Source: Myxococcales bacterium (GTDB taxonomy: Bacteria; Desulfobacterota; Binatia; HRBIN30). From it: DNA of 64,000 nucleotides. Shown here one piece after another: positions 18,571 through 28,317 of this stretch. Within the stretch, counting starts at the first letter, position 1, and every line of letters starts with the position of its first letter. The notes below the pieces were generated by a model, which worked only from the letters and a program-made list of their open reading frames with translations, ran no database searches and was not told the origin of the DNA. The DNA is taken from assembly GCA_037445065.1 (NCBI GenBank), contig JBBILD010000017.1, forward strand, positions 1-64,000, read 5' to 3'. Position numbers and translations under genes: made by a program.

Positions 18571-19973
18571 ATCCCCTTTATAAGCGTGCCCGCAAAGCGC
18601 ATTTGGTCGGAATCGGCGGAGTGGGGATGAGCGGCATCGCGGAAATCCTGCTGCGCTTGGGGTACCGGGTGACAGGGTCCGATCTGCGCCCCACCGAGGT
18701 AACCCGCCGGCTCGAACGACTCGGGGCACAAATCCGCTATGGCCACGACGCCAGCGCTGTGCACGAGGACCACGACGTCGTCGTCATCTCTTCTGCGGTT
18801 CGTTTCTCGAACCCCGAGGTGGTACGGGCCCGAGAACTCAAAATCCCGGTCATTCCCCGTGCGGAGATGCTTGCGGAACTGATGCGCGCCAAGTGCGGCA
18901 TCGCTGTGGCTGGCACACACGGGAAGACCACCACCACTTCGTTGATTGCAGCGGTGTTGACCCGTGCCGGCCTCGACCCGACGGTGGTCATTGGCGGGCG
19001 CGTGCAGGCCCTCGGAGCCAACGCGCATTTAGGAAACGGCGAGATCATGGTGGCGGAGGCGGACGAGAGCGATGGAACCTTCTTACTGCTGTCTCCCATG
19101 CTCTCGGTGGTAACCAATATTGATCCGGAGCACTTGGATTTTTACGGCGACATGGAACGGGTGAAGGCCGCATACTTGGAGTTTGTCAATCGCGTGCCTT
19201 TTTTTGGAGCTGCCATCCTGTGCCTGGACGACCCCAATGTGCGGGCTCTGTTGCCGCAGGTCCGCAAGCGCGTGGTGACGTATGGCACGACGGCTGAGGC
19301 AGATTATCGGGCCTATTCCTTGCGGGTCGAAAACTTGGAAACGCGTTTCGAAGTGCTGCGTGGAGAGGCGAAACTCGGGGAACTCACCGTTCGCTTGCCC
19401 GGCCGCCATCACGCCCTCAATGCGCTTGCAGCGTTGGCAGTGGCGTTCGAACTGGAGGTGCCGTTCTCCACCGTACGCGAGGCACTGGCAGAGTTTGCCG
19501 GCATTCACCGCCGGTTCGAGGTTTGCGGCGAGGGGGATGGCGTACTGGTGGTGAGCGACTACGGGCACCACCCGGTCGAGATTCGCGCCACGCTGACTGC
19601 GGCCCGCGAGGCGTTGGGCCGCCGTCTCGTGGTAGTGTTCCAGCCGCACCGATACTCCCGCACCCGCGATTTGTTCGCGGACTTCCTCGAAGCGTTCGAT
19701 ACCGCAGACTGTGTCTTTCTCACGGAAATCTACCCGGCCGGCGAACAACAAATCGAAGGCGTTTCAGGGGAATCCTTATTTCGCGCCTTCCAGCGACGCG
19801 GGCACATGGACGTGCGCTTTGTTCCGCGCTTGCCGGAGGTGGTGAGTGCGGTGCTCGACGAAGTGCGCCCGGGAGACGCGGTGCTCGTGTTGGGCGCCGG
19901 AAACGTCCACGAGGTTGCGGAAGCGTTGGTCGAGCACCTTCAGGCGCGCCAACCGCCTCTGGCCTTGCACTGA
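18567..19973 (+). CDS. murC: UDP-MurNAc--L-Ala ligase
   Basis: GIGGVGMSGIA, GTHGKTTTT, EADESDG, DYGHHP and FQPHRYSRT motifs. Confidence 0.97.
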   Translation: MNPLYKRARKAHLVGIGGVGMSGIAEILLRLGYRVTGSDLRPTEVTRRLERLGAQIRYGHDASAVHEDHDVVVISSAVRFSNPEVVRARELKIPVIPRAEMLAELMRAKCGIAVAGTHGKTTTTSLIAAVLTRAGLDPTVVIGGRVQALGANAHLGNGEIMVAEADESDGTFLLLSPMLSVVTNIDPEHLDFYGDMERVKAAYLEFVNRVPFFGAAILCLDDPNVRALLPQVRKRVVTYGTTAEADYRAYSLRVENLETRFEVLRGEAKLGELTVRLPGRHHALNALAALAVAFELEVPFSTVREALAEFAGIHRRFEVCGEGDGVLVVSDYGHHPVEIRATLTAAREALGRRLVVVFQPHRYSRTRDLFADFLEAFDTADCVFLTEIYPAGEQQIEGVSGESLFRAFQRRGHMDVRFVPRLPEVVSAVLDEVRPGDAVLVLGAGNVHEVAEALVEHLQARQPPLALH

Positions 19974-19984
19974 GGGGTAGGGGA

Positions 19985-20911
19985 GTGGATCGCCGCCAAG
20001 CGCTTGCGGAACTGGAAGCAGTGTTTGGTTCGCGCCTCAAACGCGACGAGCCCCTGGCACGGCATACTTCGTTTCGCATCGGCGGGCCAGCCACACTCTT
20101 TGTCGAAGTAGAGGCTGAACGTGAAATTCCGCTCATCCAGGCGGCAGCGCACGCACTCGAACTGCCGCTCTTTGTCCTCGGGGGCGGGACGAATCTCTTG
20201 GTGAGCGATCACGGCGTGCGTGCCGTGGTGGTACGGCTCGGCCGTGGCTTCTCCGGGATCGAATGGCGGCTGGACGGTGAGAGAGTGCGCGTGGTGGCGG
20301 GCGCAGCGGTACCATTCAAAAAGCTCGTTACCCTCAGCGTCGAGCGCTCGCTCGAAGGACTCGAATGGGCGGAGGGAATTCCGGGCACGGTGGGCGGCGG
20401 ACTGTTGATGAACGCCGGTGCGTTCGGTGGGGAGATCGCTGACGTGTTGGTGAGCGTTTCGGGGATCGATGCGAGCGGCGCCACGGTCACCGTGCCGCGA
20501 GAGCAGTTGCGTTTCGGTTACCGCTATTTTGATCTTCCGGCCGGCCTGATCGTAACATCGGTCGAGCTGGAGCTGCAGCCTGGAGAGACCGCCGCAATTC
20601 GAGCTCGCTGCCTCGCGGCAAAACGCAAGCGAGAGGAGAGACAGCCCAAGGGGCTTCCGAATGCAGGATCGGTGTTCAAAAACCCCCCTGGGCAATTCGC
20701 AGGAAGGCTACTCGATGCGGCCGGCCTGCGTGGGTTCCGTTACGGGCAAGCGATGTTTTCGCCGCGGCACGCCAACTTTATCGTGAATCTCGGCGGAGCA
20801 CGCGCCGTAGACGTACGGGAACTCATGCGAGAAGGCCAGCGCCGGGTGAGAGAGCAGTTCGGAGTCGAGCTGGAGCCGGAAATTCGTCTGGTAGGGGAGT
20901 GGCACGAATGA
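19985..20911 (+). CDS. murB: UDP-GlcNAc-enolpyruvate reductase
   Basis: HTSFRIGGPA, GIPGTVGG, MNAGA, GSVFKNP and HANFIVN motifs; GTG start after a GGGGAG-like RBS. Confidence 0.95.
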   Translation: MDRRQALAELEAVFGSRLKRDEPLARHTSFRIGGPATLFVEVEAEREIPLIQAAAHALELPLFVLGGGTNLLVSDHGVRAVVVRLGRGFSGIEWRLDGERVRVVAGAAVPFKKLVTLSVERSLEGLEWAEGIPGTVGGGLLMNAGAFGGEIADVLVSVSGIDASGATVTVPREQLRFGYRYFDLPAGLIVTSVELELQPGETAAIRARCLAAKRKREERQPKGLPNAGSVFKNPPGQFAGRLLDAAGLRGFRYGQAMFSPRHANFIVNLGGARAVDVRELMREGQRRVREQFGVELEPEIRLVGEWHE

Positions 20912-21765
20912 AGCCGAGCGTGCTGTGGCCTCGCAGGCAAAGGCGGCACGTGCCCCCGTTTCCATCCCGACGGGTGCGCTGGTGGCGTTTACAATTGCGG
21001 CGCGCCCTCCTCGCCGCCGCGGTGCTCGCAAGCGCCGTAGGGGTGGTGACCTTCGCTCCCCGCTGTGCGTACCACGTGGTCGCGCATCCCTTCTTTGCTG
21101 TCCGCTACTTCGAGATCGCGGGGAACGAACGCCTCAAGCAGGAAGAGGTGCTCGATTGGCTGGGTGCGAAGCCAGGCATGAGTGCGTGGTTGGTGGACCC
21201 GGTGGTCTGGCGTGCCCGCTTGCTCGCGCACCCGTGGGTGCAAGCGGCGGCAGTGCGGCGCGAACTGCCCCGAAGGGTCCGCATTCAGCTGCGCGAGCGG
21301 CGGCCCTTCGCCGTGGTCCGCTGGCGAGACACGCTCGCGTTGGTGGACCGTACAGGCCATTTCTTGGGGCCAGCGGGACCCGCCTTCGCAGCTCATTTGC
21401 CGTTGCTCACCTTGCCTGCTTCCGGCGCCTCCCTTCCGCAAGAAGAGCTCCGGCTGGGGCTGCGCTTTCTGCGACTCTGCGCGCGTTTGGGTTGCGCTGC
21501 GGAAGTCTCGGAAGTGTTGGCTGGAAAAGATGGCATCACGGTGTATCCGCTGCGCAGCCGCACGGAAGTCGCGCTCGGCCGGGGCTCCTGGCGGGAGAAG
21601 CTGCTGCGTGCGAGCCGTGTTTTTGCTGCCTGGGAGGAGGACGCCGATCGCCTCGAGCGGGTGGACGTTTCTTATCGGAGGGTGGTGGTGGTACGGGTGC
21701 GCGAGCAACCCAATGGGCAGCGCAAGTCGCCAGCCAGCAGCTCGCGCAAACGGCAGTCGGTATGA
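20908..21765 (+). CDS. ftsQ: Cell division protein FtsQ/DivIB
   Basis: TM segment plus POTRA-like region (HPWVQAAAVRRELP...ERRPFA); upstream of ftsA. Confidence 0.88.
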   Translation: MKPSVLWPRRQRRHVPPFPSRRVRWWRLQLRRALLAAAVLASAVGVVTFAPRCAYHVVAHPFFAVRYFEIAGNERLKQEEVLDWLGAKPGMSAWLVDPVVWRARLLAHPWVQAAAVRRELPRRVRIQLRERRPFAVVRWRDTLALVDRTGHFLGPAGPAFAAHLPLLTLPASGASLPQEELRLGLRFLRLCARLGCAAEVSEVLAGKDGITVYPLRSRTEVALGRGSWREKLLRASRVFAAWEEDADRLERVDVSYRRVVVVRVREQPNGQRKSPASSSRKRQSV

Positions 21766-21857
21766 AAAAATCCCCTGCGTTTGCTGCTCTCTCCAGCGAA
21801 GTGTGATAAGCAAGGACGCGCCATGTTTGCGGTGGACGTTGGGAGTGTGGTTCGAGC

Positions 21858-23105
21858 ATGGGCCGGGGAGCGGAGCTGATTGTCGGCTTGGACGTTGGCA
21901 CCTCGAAGGTCGCGGCGGTCATCGGCCAGTGCACCCCAGAGGGCTTGGTGGTCCGCGGAGCTGGGTACGCCCCTTCGCAGGGGGCTGTGGATCGCGGTGT
22001 GGTGACCGACCTCGATGCCGCTGCGCAGGCGATCCGACAAGCGATCCACGAAGCTGAGCTGCGCGCCGACGTGCAAGTGCATAGCACGCTGGTCACGGTT
22101 GGCGGGGACCATATTCGCGGGCTGGAAAGCCACGGCGTGGTGAGCACAACCCGGGGTGAAGTGTCGGAGGCGGATGTGAACCGGGTTCTACGAGCGGCCA
22201 GCGCGGTTCCACTTCCCGAAGATTATCAAGTGCTACAGGTGCTGTTGCGCGACTTTGTGGTGGACGACCAGGAGGGAGTGCGGTCGCCGGTCGAAATGAA
22301 GGGGCACCGTTTAGAGGCTCGTGTGCACGTCCTCGCGGGGCGCACGGCCGCGATAGAGAACCTCACCCGTGCCGTGCTGCGTGCCGAGATCCGGCCGCTG
22401 CGAGTTCTCTGGAGCGGCTGGGCCGCGGCCGAAGCAGTCTTGAGTGAGGAGGAGAAAGAGTTAGGGGTGGCGCTGCTCGACTTGGGAGCCGGTACCACCA
22501 ATGTTCTTTGTTATCACCGAGGTGCCCTGCGCTTCGCTGCGGCGCTGCGCATCGGCGGCAAGCATGTCACGCAGGACATCGCCGCCGGATTGGAGACTTC
22601 GCCCACTTCTGCAGAACGTTTGAAGATCGAGTGGGGTACCGCACTGGCGTCGCTGGTCGGGGACGAGGAAACGATCGAGGTGCCCAGCTTGGCGCAGCGT
22701 CCGCCGCGGCGGGTTTTACGCCGGGAACTCTCCCGCGTAATCCAGGCGCGGGTGGAGGAGATCATCGAACTCGCCTGGCGCGAGGTGCGGCGGGCAGGTC
22801 TCTTGCCCCAGATCCGCGCTGGCGTGGTGCTCACTGGCGGAGGGGCACTGCTGCCAGGCATCGTGGAGGTGGTACGGAAAGAGACGACCCAGTCGCAGAT
22901 CCGCATCGGCGACGTGGCCCTGGGCGTTGCTGAAGTGGAAGCAGACGGCGAGGGGATAGTGAGCGATACAGCGTACACCGCTGCCCTGGGTCTACTGCGG
23001 GAAGCAGCGGCCCAGCGGGTTCAAGGAAGCGGAGAGATGTCATCGGGGTTTGTGGGCCGCAGCGTCCGTTGGCTCAAGAGCTATTTGGGAGCGCTGTTCG
23101 AATGA
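21858..23105 (+). CDS. ftsA: Cell division protein FtsA
   Basis: GLDVGTSKV, DLGAGTT, GGKHVTQDI and VLTGGGA motifs. Confidence 0.96.
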   Translation: MGRGAELIVGLDVGTSKVAAVIGQCTPEGLVVRGAGYAPSQGAVDRGVVTDLDAAAQAIRQAIHEAELRADVQVHSTLVTVGGDHIRGLESHGVVSTTRGEVSEADVNRVLRAASAVPLPEDYQVLQVLLRDFVVDDQEGVRSPVEMKGHRLEARVHVLAGRTAAIENLTRAVLRAEIRPLRVLWSGWAAAEAVLSEEEKELGVALLDLGAGTTNVLCYHRGALRFAAALRIGGKHVTQDIAAGLETSPTSAERLKIEWGTALASLVGDEETIEVPSLAQRPPRRVLRRELSRVIQARVEEIIELAWREVRRAGLLPQIRAGVVLTGGGALLPGIVEVVRKETTQSQIRIGDVALGVAEVEADGEGIVSDTAYTAALGLLREAAAQRVQGSGEMSSGFVGRSVRWLKSYLGALFE

Positions 23106-23175
23106 AGTAAGAGGTCTACTCGTAGACCGACGTTGGGAACCACGAAGTTGCAAAAGTGCTGGTGGGGAGGAGAAG

Positions 23176-24468
23176 ATGACGATGCAGGACGTGGTGGGCT
23201 GCGAAACGGCCATTGGTGCGCGGATCAAGGTAGTCGGGGTTGGCGGAGCCGGTGGCAACGCGGTGAATACCATGATCGCGAGCGAGCTACAGGGCGTGGA
23301 GCTGTACGCGCTGAATACCGACGTGCAAGCCTTGGCTGCAAATTTGGCCCCGAACAAGCTCCAGCTCGGGCAGCAAATCACGCGCGGCCTGGGTGCGGGC
23401 GGCAATCCGGAGATCGGTCGGCGAGCCGCGGAAGATGACATTGATCGCATCCGCGAGGTACTTTCCGGCGCGGATATGGTCTTCCTGACCGCCGGCATGG
23501 GCGGTGGTACGGGCACCGGCGCGGCGCCCGTGATCGCCCGGGTGGCAAAGGAAATGGGTGCGCTCACCGTCGCAGTCGTCACAAAACCCTTCGCCTTCGA
23601 AGCCAAGCAGCGGATGCGGCAAGCGGAGGAGGGGATACGGCTGCTGAAAGAGGCAGTGGATACCCTGCTCGTGATCCCGAACCAGCGCCTGCTGGCCGTG
23701 CTGCCACCTGACACACGGCTGACCGAGGCGTTTCGTAAATGCGACGAGGTGTTGGTCCACGCAGTGCGGGGGATCGCTGATCTCATCACCGTGCATGGGT
23801 TGATCAACTTGGACTTTGCCGACGTGTGCACCATCATGCGGGACAGTGGGCTGGCACTGATGGGGTGGGGCGAGGCGGTCGGACCGGACCGCGCCATGCA
23901 GGCGGCTCAGCAAGCGGTAGCAAATCCCTTACTCGAGGATGTTTCCATCGACGGAGCGCGGCGCGTGCTGGTCAATATCACGCTCAGCCCCGACCTGAAC
24001 TTGCACGAAATCGACACCGCGGTGAACTACGTGCGGGATCAGGCGCACCCGGACGTCAATCTGATTTTTGGCGTGGTTCTCGACGAAACAGCACAGGATC
24101 GCTTCCGGCTTACTTTGGTCGCCACCGGATTTGCGGATCAAGCCGCCGACCCGGTTCTCACCGGTGAGCGCCAGGAACCCGTGGGCCAGAAGGCGCTTCC
24201 CTTGCGCGACTCTGAGGTCGTGCGGCAAGGCCCAGCGATCAGCTCGGGACCGGCGGCAGCGTCGGCGCGTCCAGCGGCATCACTGCGCCGCCGCGTATTC
24301 CGAGGCACGATCGTAGATGACGCTTCCGAACCACAGGTACTTTCACCGGGACCCAGCGTGCTTGGCAGCAACGCGACTTCTCCGCAGGCTCCCGAGCCCC
24401 CTTATCGTTTGGATTCGACAGAGGAGGACCTCGAGATGCCTGCTTTTCTGCGCCGGAGGGTGAGCTGA
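23176..24468 (+). CDS. ftsZ: Cell division protein FtsZ
   Basis: GVGGAGGNAV, GMGGGTGTG, INLDFADV and C-terminal EMPAFLRR motifs. Confidence 0.98.
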   Translation: MTMQDVVGCETAIGARIKVVGVGGAGGNAVNTMIASELQGVELYALNTDVQALAANLAPNKLQLGQQITRGLGAGGNPEIGRRAAEDDIDRIREVLSGADMVFLTAGMGGGTGTGAAPVIARVAKEMGALTVAVVTKPFAFEAKQRMRQAEEGIRLLKEAVDTLLVIPNQRLLAVLPPDTRLTEAFRKCDEVLVHAVRGIADLITVHGLINLDFADVCTIMRDSGLALMGWGEAVGPDRAMQAAQQAVANPLLEDVSIDGARRVLVNITLSPDLNLHEIDTAVNYVRDQAHPDVNLIFGVVLDETAQDRFRLTLVATGFADQAADPVLTGERQEPVGQKALPLRDSEVVRQGPAISSGPAAASARPAASLRRRVFRGTIVDDASEPQVLSPGPSVLGSNATSPQAPEPPYRLDSTEEDLEMPAFLRRRVS

Positions 24469-24528
24469 CCCCGGTTGCGCCGCAGCCCCCTCGGGCTATA
24501 GACAGCCGCGCGGGAGGCTGCGGCTTGC

Positions 24529-26295
24529 GTGTACTCCTGGGCCTTAGAAGAACGCGCTCGTAAGCGCCGAGAGGGCGAACAGTTTCGTTTTGCGCGCAAA
24601 GGGGGCGGAAGCCTGCGAGTTTGCCTCGCCTACCCGAATACCTATGCGGTCGCGATGGGGAACCTCGGCTTTCAGGCAGTTTACGAGATCATGGACCGCG
24701 AGCCAGGAGTGGTGTGTGAGCGGGCCTTTTTGCCCGATGGCGAGGAGTTCGCCGAGCTGCGGGCCGGCGATTTGCGCAGCTTGGAGTCGAGCACACGGGT
24801 GGCGGACTTCGATGTGCTGGCGGTGTCCGTGTCGTTCGAGACGGACTATGCGAATCTATTTGCGTTGCTACGCCTGGCGGGTATCCCGTATTGGTGCAAA
24901 GAGCGCGGTCCCCGCCACCCGCTGATCGTGATCGGCGGCGCGGCGGTGTTCTTAAACCCGGAGCCGCTGGCGGAAGTCGCGGACCTGTTCCTGGTGGGAG
25001 AGGGCGAAGAGATGATCCCCGAGTTCTTCGCTGTGTTACGCCACGGTTCCCTCGAACGGCGCGAAGAACTGTTGGGGCGGGTTGCCGAACAGGTGCGCGG
25101 GGCTTACGTGCCAGCGCACTTCACTCCGGTGTACGACGGGCCCCGGCAAGTGGGCCTGGAATACCGAGGCCCTGCGTCGCCGCGCGTGGAGCGACGTCTG
25201 GTGTGGGACTTGGATCGGTATCCCACGACCAGCCGAGTACTGTCGAGCGAGGCGGTCTTTGGTGACATGGTTTTGGTCGAAGCCAGCCGCGGCTGCCAGT
25301 GGGGCTGCCGCTTTTGCGCCGCTGGCTACATGTACCGGCCGTTGCGCAACCGCAGCGTTGCTTCCCTGCGGCAAAGCGTGCTGGAGGGCTTGCAGGATCG
25401 CTCCACGATCGGGCTAGTCGGTGCCGAGATGGCCAGTGTCCCAGGGGTCGCCGAGCTGGCCTCGCTGGCCGCGGAACGCGGCGGGCGACTGTCTCCCTCT
25501 TCCCTCAAAGCAGATTGCGTAACCCCAGATCTCGCCCGTGCTCTTGCCCGAGGGGGGACGCGTAGCGTGACCATTGCCCCAGAGGCTGGCTCCGAGCGCA
25601 TGCGCCGGGTGATCAACAAAAACTTGAGCGAAACGGATATCTTGCGCGCAGCAGAGTTGCTGGTGGGCGAGGGGGTCCCCGACCTGAAAACATACTTCAT
25701 GGTTGGCTTGCCCAGCGAAAAAGACGAAGACGTGGATGCCGTTGCGGCCCTAGTGGAAAAACTGCACAACCAGCTCAATGGCCCGCACGGTCGCTACCGC
25801 CGCGTGGGGCGGCTCACCGTGTCGGTCAATCCCTTTGTGCCGAAGCCATGGACTCCGTTTCAGTGGGATCCGATGTGCGATGCCGCCCACTTGCGCGCTA
25901 AGCACCAGCGACTGCGGCGCGCGTTGTTGCGCTTGCCCAACGTTCGTCTCGACTGGGAGTCGCCCCGAGAAGCGTATTACCAAACGCTCTTGTCGCGCGG
26001 TGACCGGCGTCTCGGCCGCTTTTTGGCGGCGGTGGACCAAACCCAGGGAAACTGGTGGTCGGTGATTCGTGCCTGGCAACGGGATGCACGGAGCCTCGGC
26101 CTTGACGGCCTGCCGCCTCCCGACCAGTACGTGCACCGCACCTACGACGAGCAGGAGCTGCTGCCGTGGGATTTCATCGACCACAAAATCGCCAAACGGT
26201 ACTTGCTTGCGGAGCGGCGCAAGGCCTTCCTCGCGATCCAGACCCCGCCGTGCGACACGAGCACCTGCCGCACCTGCGGGGCCTGCCCCACATGA
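24529..26295 (+). CDS. Radical SAM protein of unknown function (TIGR03960-like)
   Basis: YPNTY..MGNLGFQ, RGCQWGCRFC (CxxxCxxC), TIAPEAGSER and FVPKPWTPFQW motifs; C-terminal CDTSTCRTCGAC. Confidence 0.88.
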   Translation: MYSWALEERARKRREGEQFRFARKGGGSLRVCLAYPNTYAVAMGNLGFQAVYEIMDREPGVVCERAFLPDGEEFAELRAGDLRSLESSTRVADFDVLAVSVSFETDYANLFALLRLAGIPYWCKERGPRHPLIVIGGAAVFLNPEPLAEVADLFLVGEGEEMIPEFFAVLRHGSLERREELLGRVAEQVRGAYVPAHFTPVYDGPRQVGLEYRGPASPRVERRLVWDLDRYPTTSRVLSSEAVFGDMVLVEASRGCQWGCRFCAAGYMYRPLRNRSVASLRQSVLEGLQDRSTIGLVGAEMASVPGVAELASLAAERGGRLSPSSLKADCVTPDLARALARGGTRSVTIAPEAGSERMRRVINKNLSETDILRAAELLVGEGVPDLKTYFMVGLPSEKDEDVDAVAALVEKLHNQLNGPHGRYRRVGRLTVSVNPFVPKPWTPFQWDPMCDAAHLRAKHQRLRRALLRLPNVRLDWESPREAYYQTLLSRGDRRLGRFLAAVDQTQGNWWSVIRAWQRDARSLGLDGLPPPDQYVHRTYDEQELLPWDFIDHKIAKRYLLAERRKAFLAIQTPPCDTSTCRTCGACPT

Positions 26296-26663
26296 TCGTC
26301 GGCGTGGGCGTGGACATGATCGAGGTGGAGCGCATCGCCCAAGCGCTCCGCAATCCCAGAACCGGCCAGCGCTTTTGCCAGCGGGTGTTCACGGGAAGAG
26401 AGATCGCCTACTGCCAGCGGCGTCGCCGCAGTGCAGAGAGCTTTGCCGCCCGTTTTGCGGCAAAGGAAGCCACCATCAAGGCGCTCGGGCGAGCCTTGCC
26501 GTGGCGCGATATCGAAGTCGTGCGCGAGCCTGGCGGGCCACCGCAGCTCGTCTTGTACGGCCGCGCCCGACAACGGGCCGCGGAGCTGGGGGTGGTCCAG
26601 CTCCACCTTTCTCTAACCCACACCGCTGCCTGGGCCCTGGCCTGGGTCATCGCCGAACGTTGA
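26292..26663 (+). CDS. acpS: Holo-ACP synthase
   Basis: MIVGVGVDMIEVERI, FAARFAAKEA and LSLTH motifs; ATGA overlap with the upstream gene. Confidence 0.95.
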   Translation: MIVGVGVDMIEVERIAQALRNPRTGQRFCQRVFTGREIAYCQRRRRSAESFAARFAAKEATIKALGRALPWRDIEVVREPGGPPQLVLYGRARQRAAELGVVQLHLSLTHTAAWALAWVIAER

Positions 26664-26918
26664 AGAAAGGCGGCTCACACCCCCGCGCTGCCGGCGCTGG
26701 GTATGGGCAAGCAAGTAGAGGACAACCCACAAGCCCCCGACAAAGCCAATCAAGGTCCACAAGTTCTCGCGGTAGCCGTTGTTGCGAGCAAACAAGCGGC
26801 TCAGAACCGCATCCAGTGTGTGAATGAGGAGAACCGTAGGCAGGAGAGATTCCTCGCTGAGTTGAGGGGCAAGGAGCCACACGCCGCTGCCATAACCCAG
26901 CACTGTACTCCAGCTCAT
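26613..26918 (-). CDS. Small hypothetical membrane protein
   Basis: Hydrophobic segments (LLPTVLLIHTLD; LWTLIGFVGGLWVVLYLL); 3' end overlaps acpS. Confidence 0.55.
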   Translation of the reverse strand: MSWSTVLGYGSGVWLLAPQLSEESLLPTVLLIHTLDAVLSRLFARNNGYRENLWTLIGFVGGLWVVLYLLAHTQRRQRGGVSRLSSTFGDDPGQGPGSGVG

Positions 26919-27421
26919 GGCCGTTCTCCGCGCTGCCGCACGCCTCAGTTGCTACGCCCGCCGGGCCGGCGAGGCAACTAGCGACACAGGTAGAGCGGCC
27001 GCCGGCAACGATCGCTTTGGGTGGGTCGCGAAACGTTTTGGAGACCTCTCTACACCCCGCTCCCAAGAGGGGGTAGCGCGACTCCAGAGCCGCTGTCTTT
27101 ACCGTTTTACCGCACTTTTGCCTGGAGCTCCGAAGGGCACGCTTCATCGGGGAAGAGCCATACCTGCGCGGGAACGAGGGAGCGGGTGCCTAGGGAGCAG
27201 CCGTTGGAGCACTGGAGTTTCCATGCCAGGCTCCACGACACCTGCTCGCGCTGCAAGCAAGGGGGGCGCACGGGTAGCCTGCGCTAGTGCCTCAAAAAGC
27301 TCTGACGCCGTCGCCAGCGAGAGCGGTGAGAAGGTCGCGCGCCCGCCTGCTTCCTGCGCCGCGTTTCAGAGAAGCGGTCCCGGTTGACCCAAACATGGCC
27401 GGCGGGGTAAAGGGGGCGCCT

Positions 27422-27760
27422 ATGTCCACCAAGACACACAAGGAACCAGCCAGCGTACTGGAGTGGCTCAAGGCGCAAAGCGAGTCCACAATCAACCAGG
27501 TTCTGGAGGAATTGCTCCGCCGCCCGGCGGTGGCCGATCAAGTGGGGAAGCTCGTGCAGCGGGCGGTGAAAACGAAAGGGCAAATGGACAAGAACGTGGA
27601 GGCGGTCTTGCACATGCTCAATCTGCCGAGCCGCTCGGATCTCGACAAGCTGCGCACGAAGCTCGATGCCCTGCACGGAACGCTGGTGAATTTGAACATG
27701 AAGCTCGACCGCATCCTGGCTGCGCAAGAACAGCGCAAGAAGCGCCCAGCATCGCACTGA
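27422..27760 (+). CDS. Phasin / PHA-granule-associated-like coiled-coil protein
   Basis: Amphipathic helices and LNLPSRSDLDKL..KLD motif, resembling PhaE/PhaF/phasin C-terminal segments; AAGGGGG RBS. Confidence 0.6.
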   Translation: MSTKTHKEPASVLEWLKAQSESTINQVLEELLRRPAVADQVGKLVQRAVKTKGQMDKNVEAVLHMLNLPSRSDLDKLRTKLDALHGTLVNLNMKLDRILAAQEQRKKRPASH

Positions 27761-28317
27761 GCCCTCGAAAAAACAAAAGCCTGCGCTTTCTGTCAGCTTG
27801 GTGCGCCTTCCCGCACGTTGGGTTTGCCAAGCGCCAAATCGCCCCCGCGCAGTTTCACGGCAGCGCTCTCCCTCCCCTTCTGCAGTCGCACGGTCGGCGC
27901 TCGCACCGGCGGCCCCCCTCGGCGTTGCCATCGCCGGCCGCTTGGTTGCACTCCATTCTCCAATTGGAGTTCGGCTTTCTGCGGTGCGCGTGAATCCTCA
28001 CGCCCGATCGCCAGCGAGTCGCAGCAGGGTTCGGATATCCGGCTGTCGGGGCGTGCCTGCGAGGTTGCGCTTGCGAAGTGGGGCTCGCGGTCGCCAGGCC
28101 CGGAAAAGAGGCAGGGTGGCGTCGCACACGCGGTGGATGAGAGAGCGCTGGAAGCGGTCGTTGCTCCTCATTGCGGTCTGGGGAAGCGAAGTGGAGCCGT
28201 TTGTCGGCCATGGCGCTCGACGTGCACCCAACCCGTGCGTGCACGCAGCTCTCCACGTTGCTTGTCTGTGGCGTACGCCGGCGGCCGACCTCAGGAGACA
28301 ACCCACGAACGCGAAGC

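Noticed and set aside
27761..28317. Gene or ncRNA in the ~550-nt gap between the phasin-like gene and the ATPase
   Set aside because: The ORFs are Arg/Ala-rich without recognisable motifs. A 10-bp inverted repeat (CAGCGCTCTC/GAGAGCGCTG) is not enough on its own in high-GC DNA.
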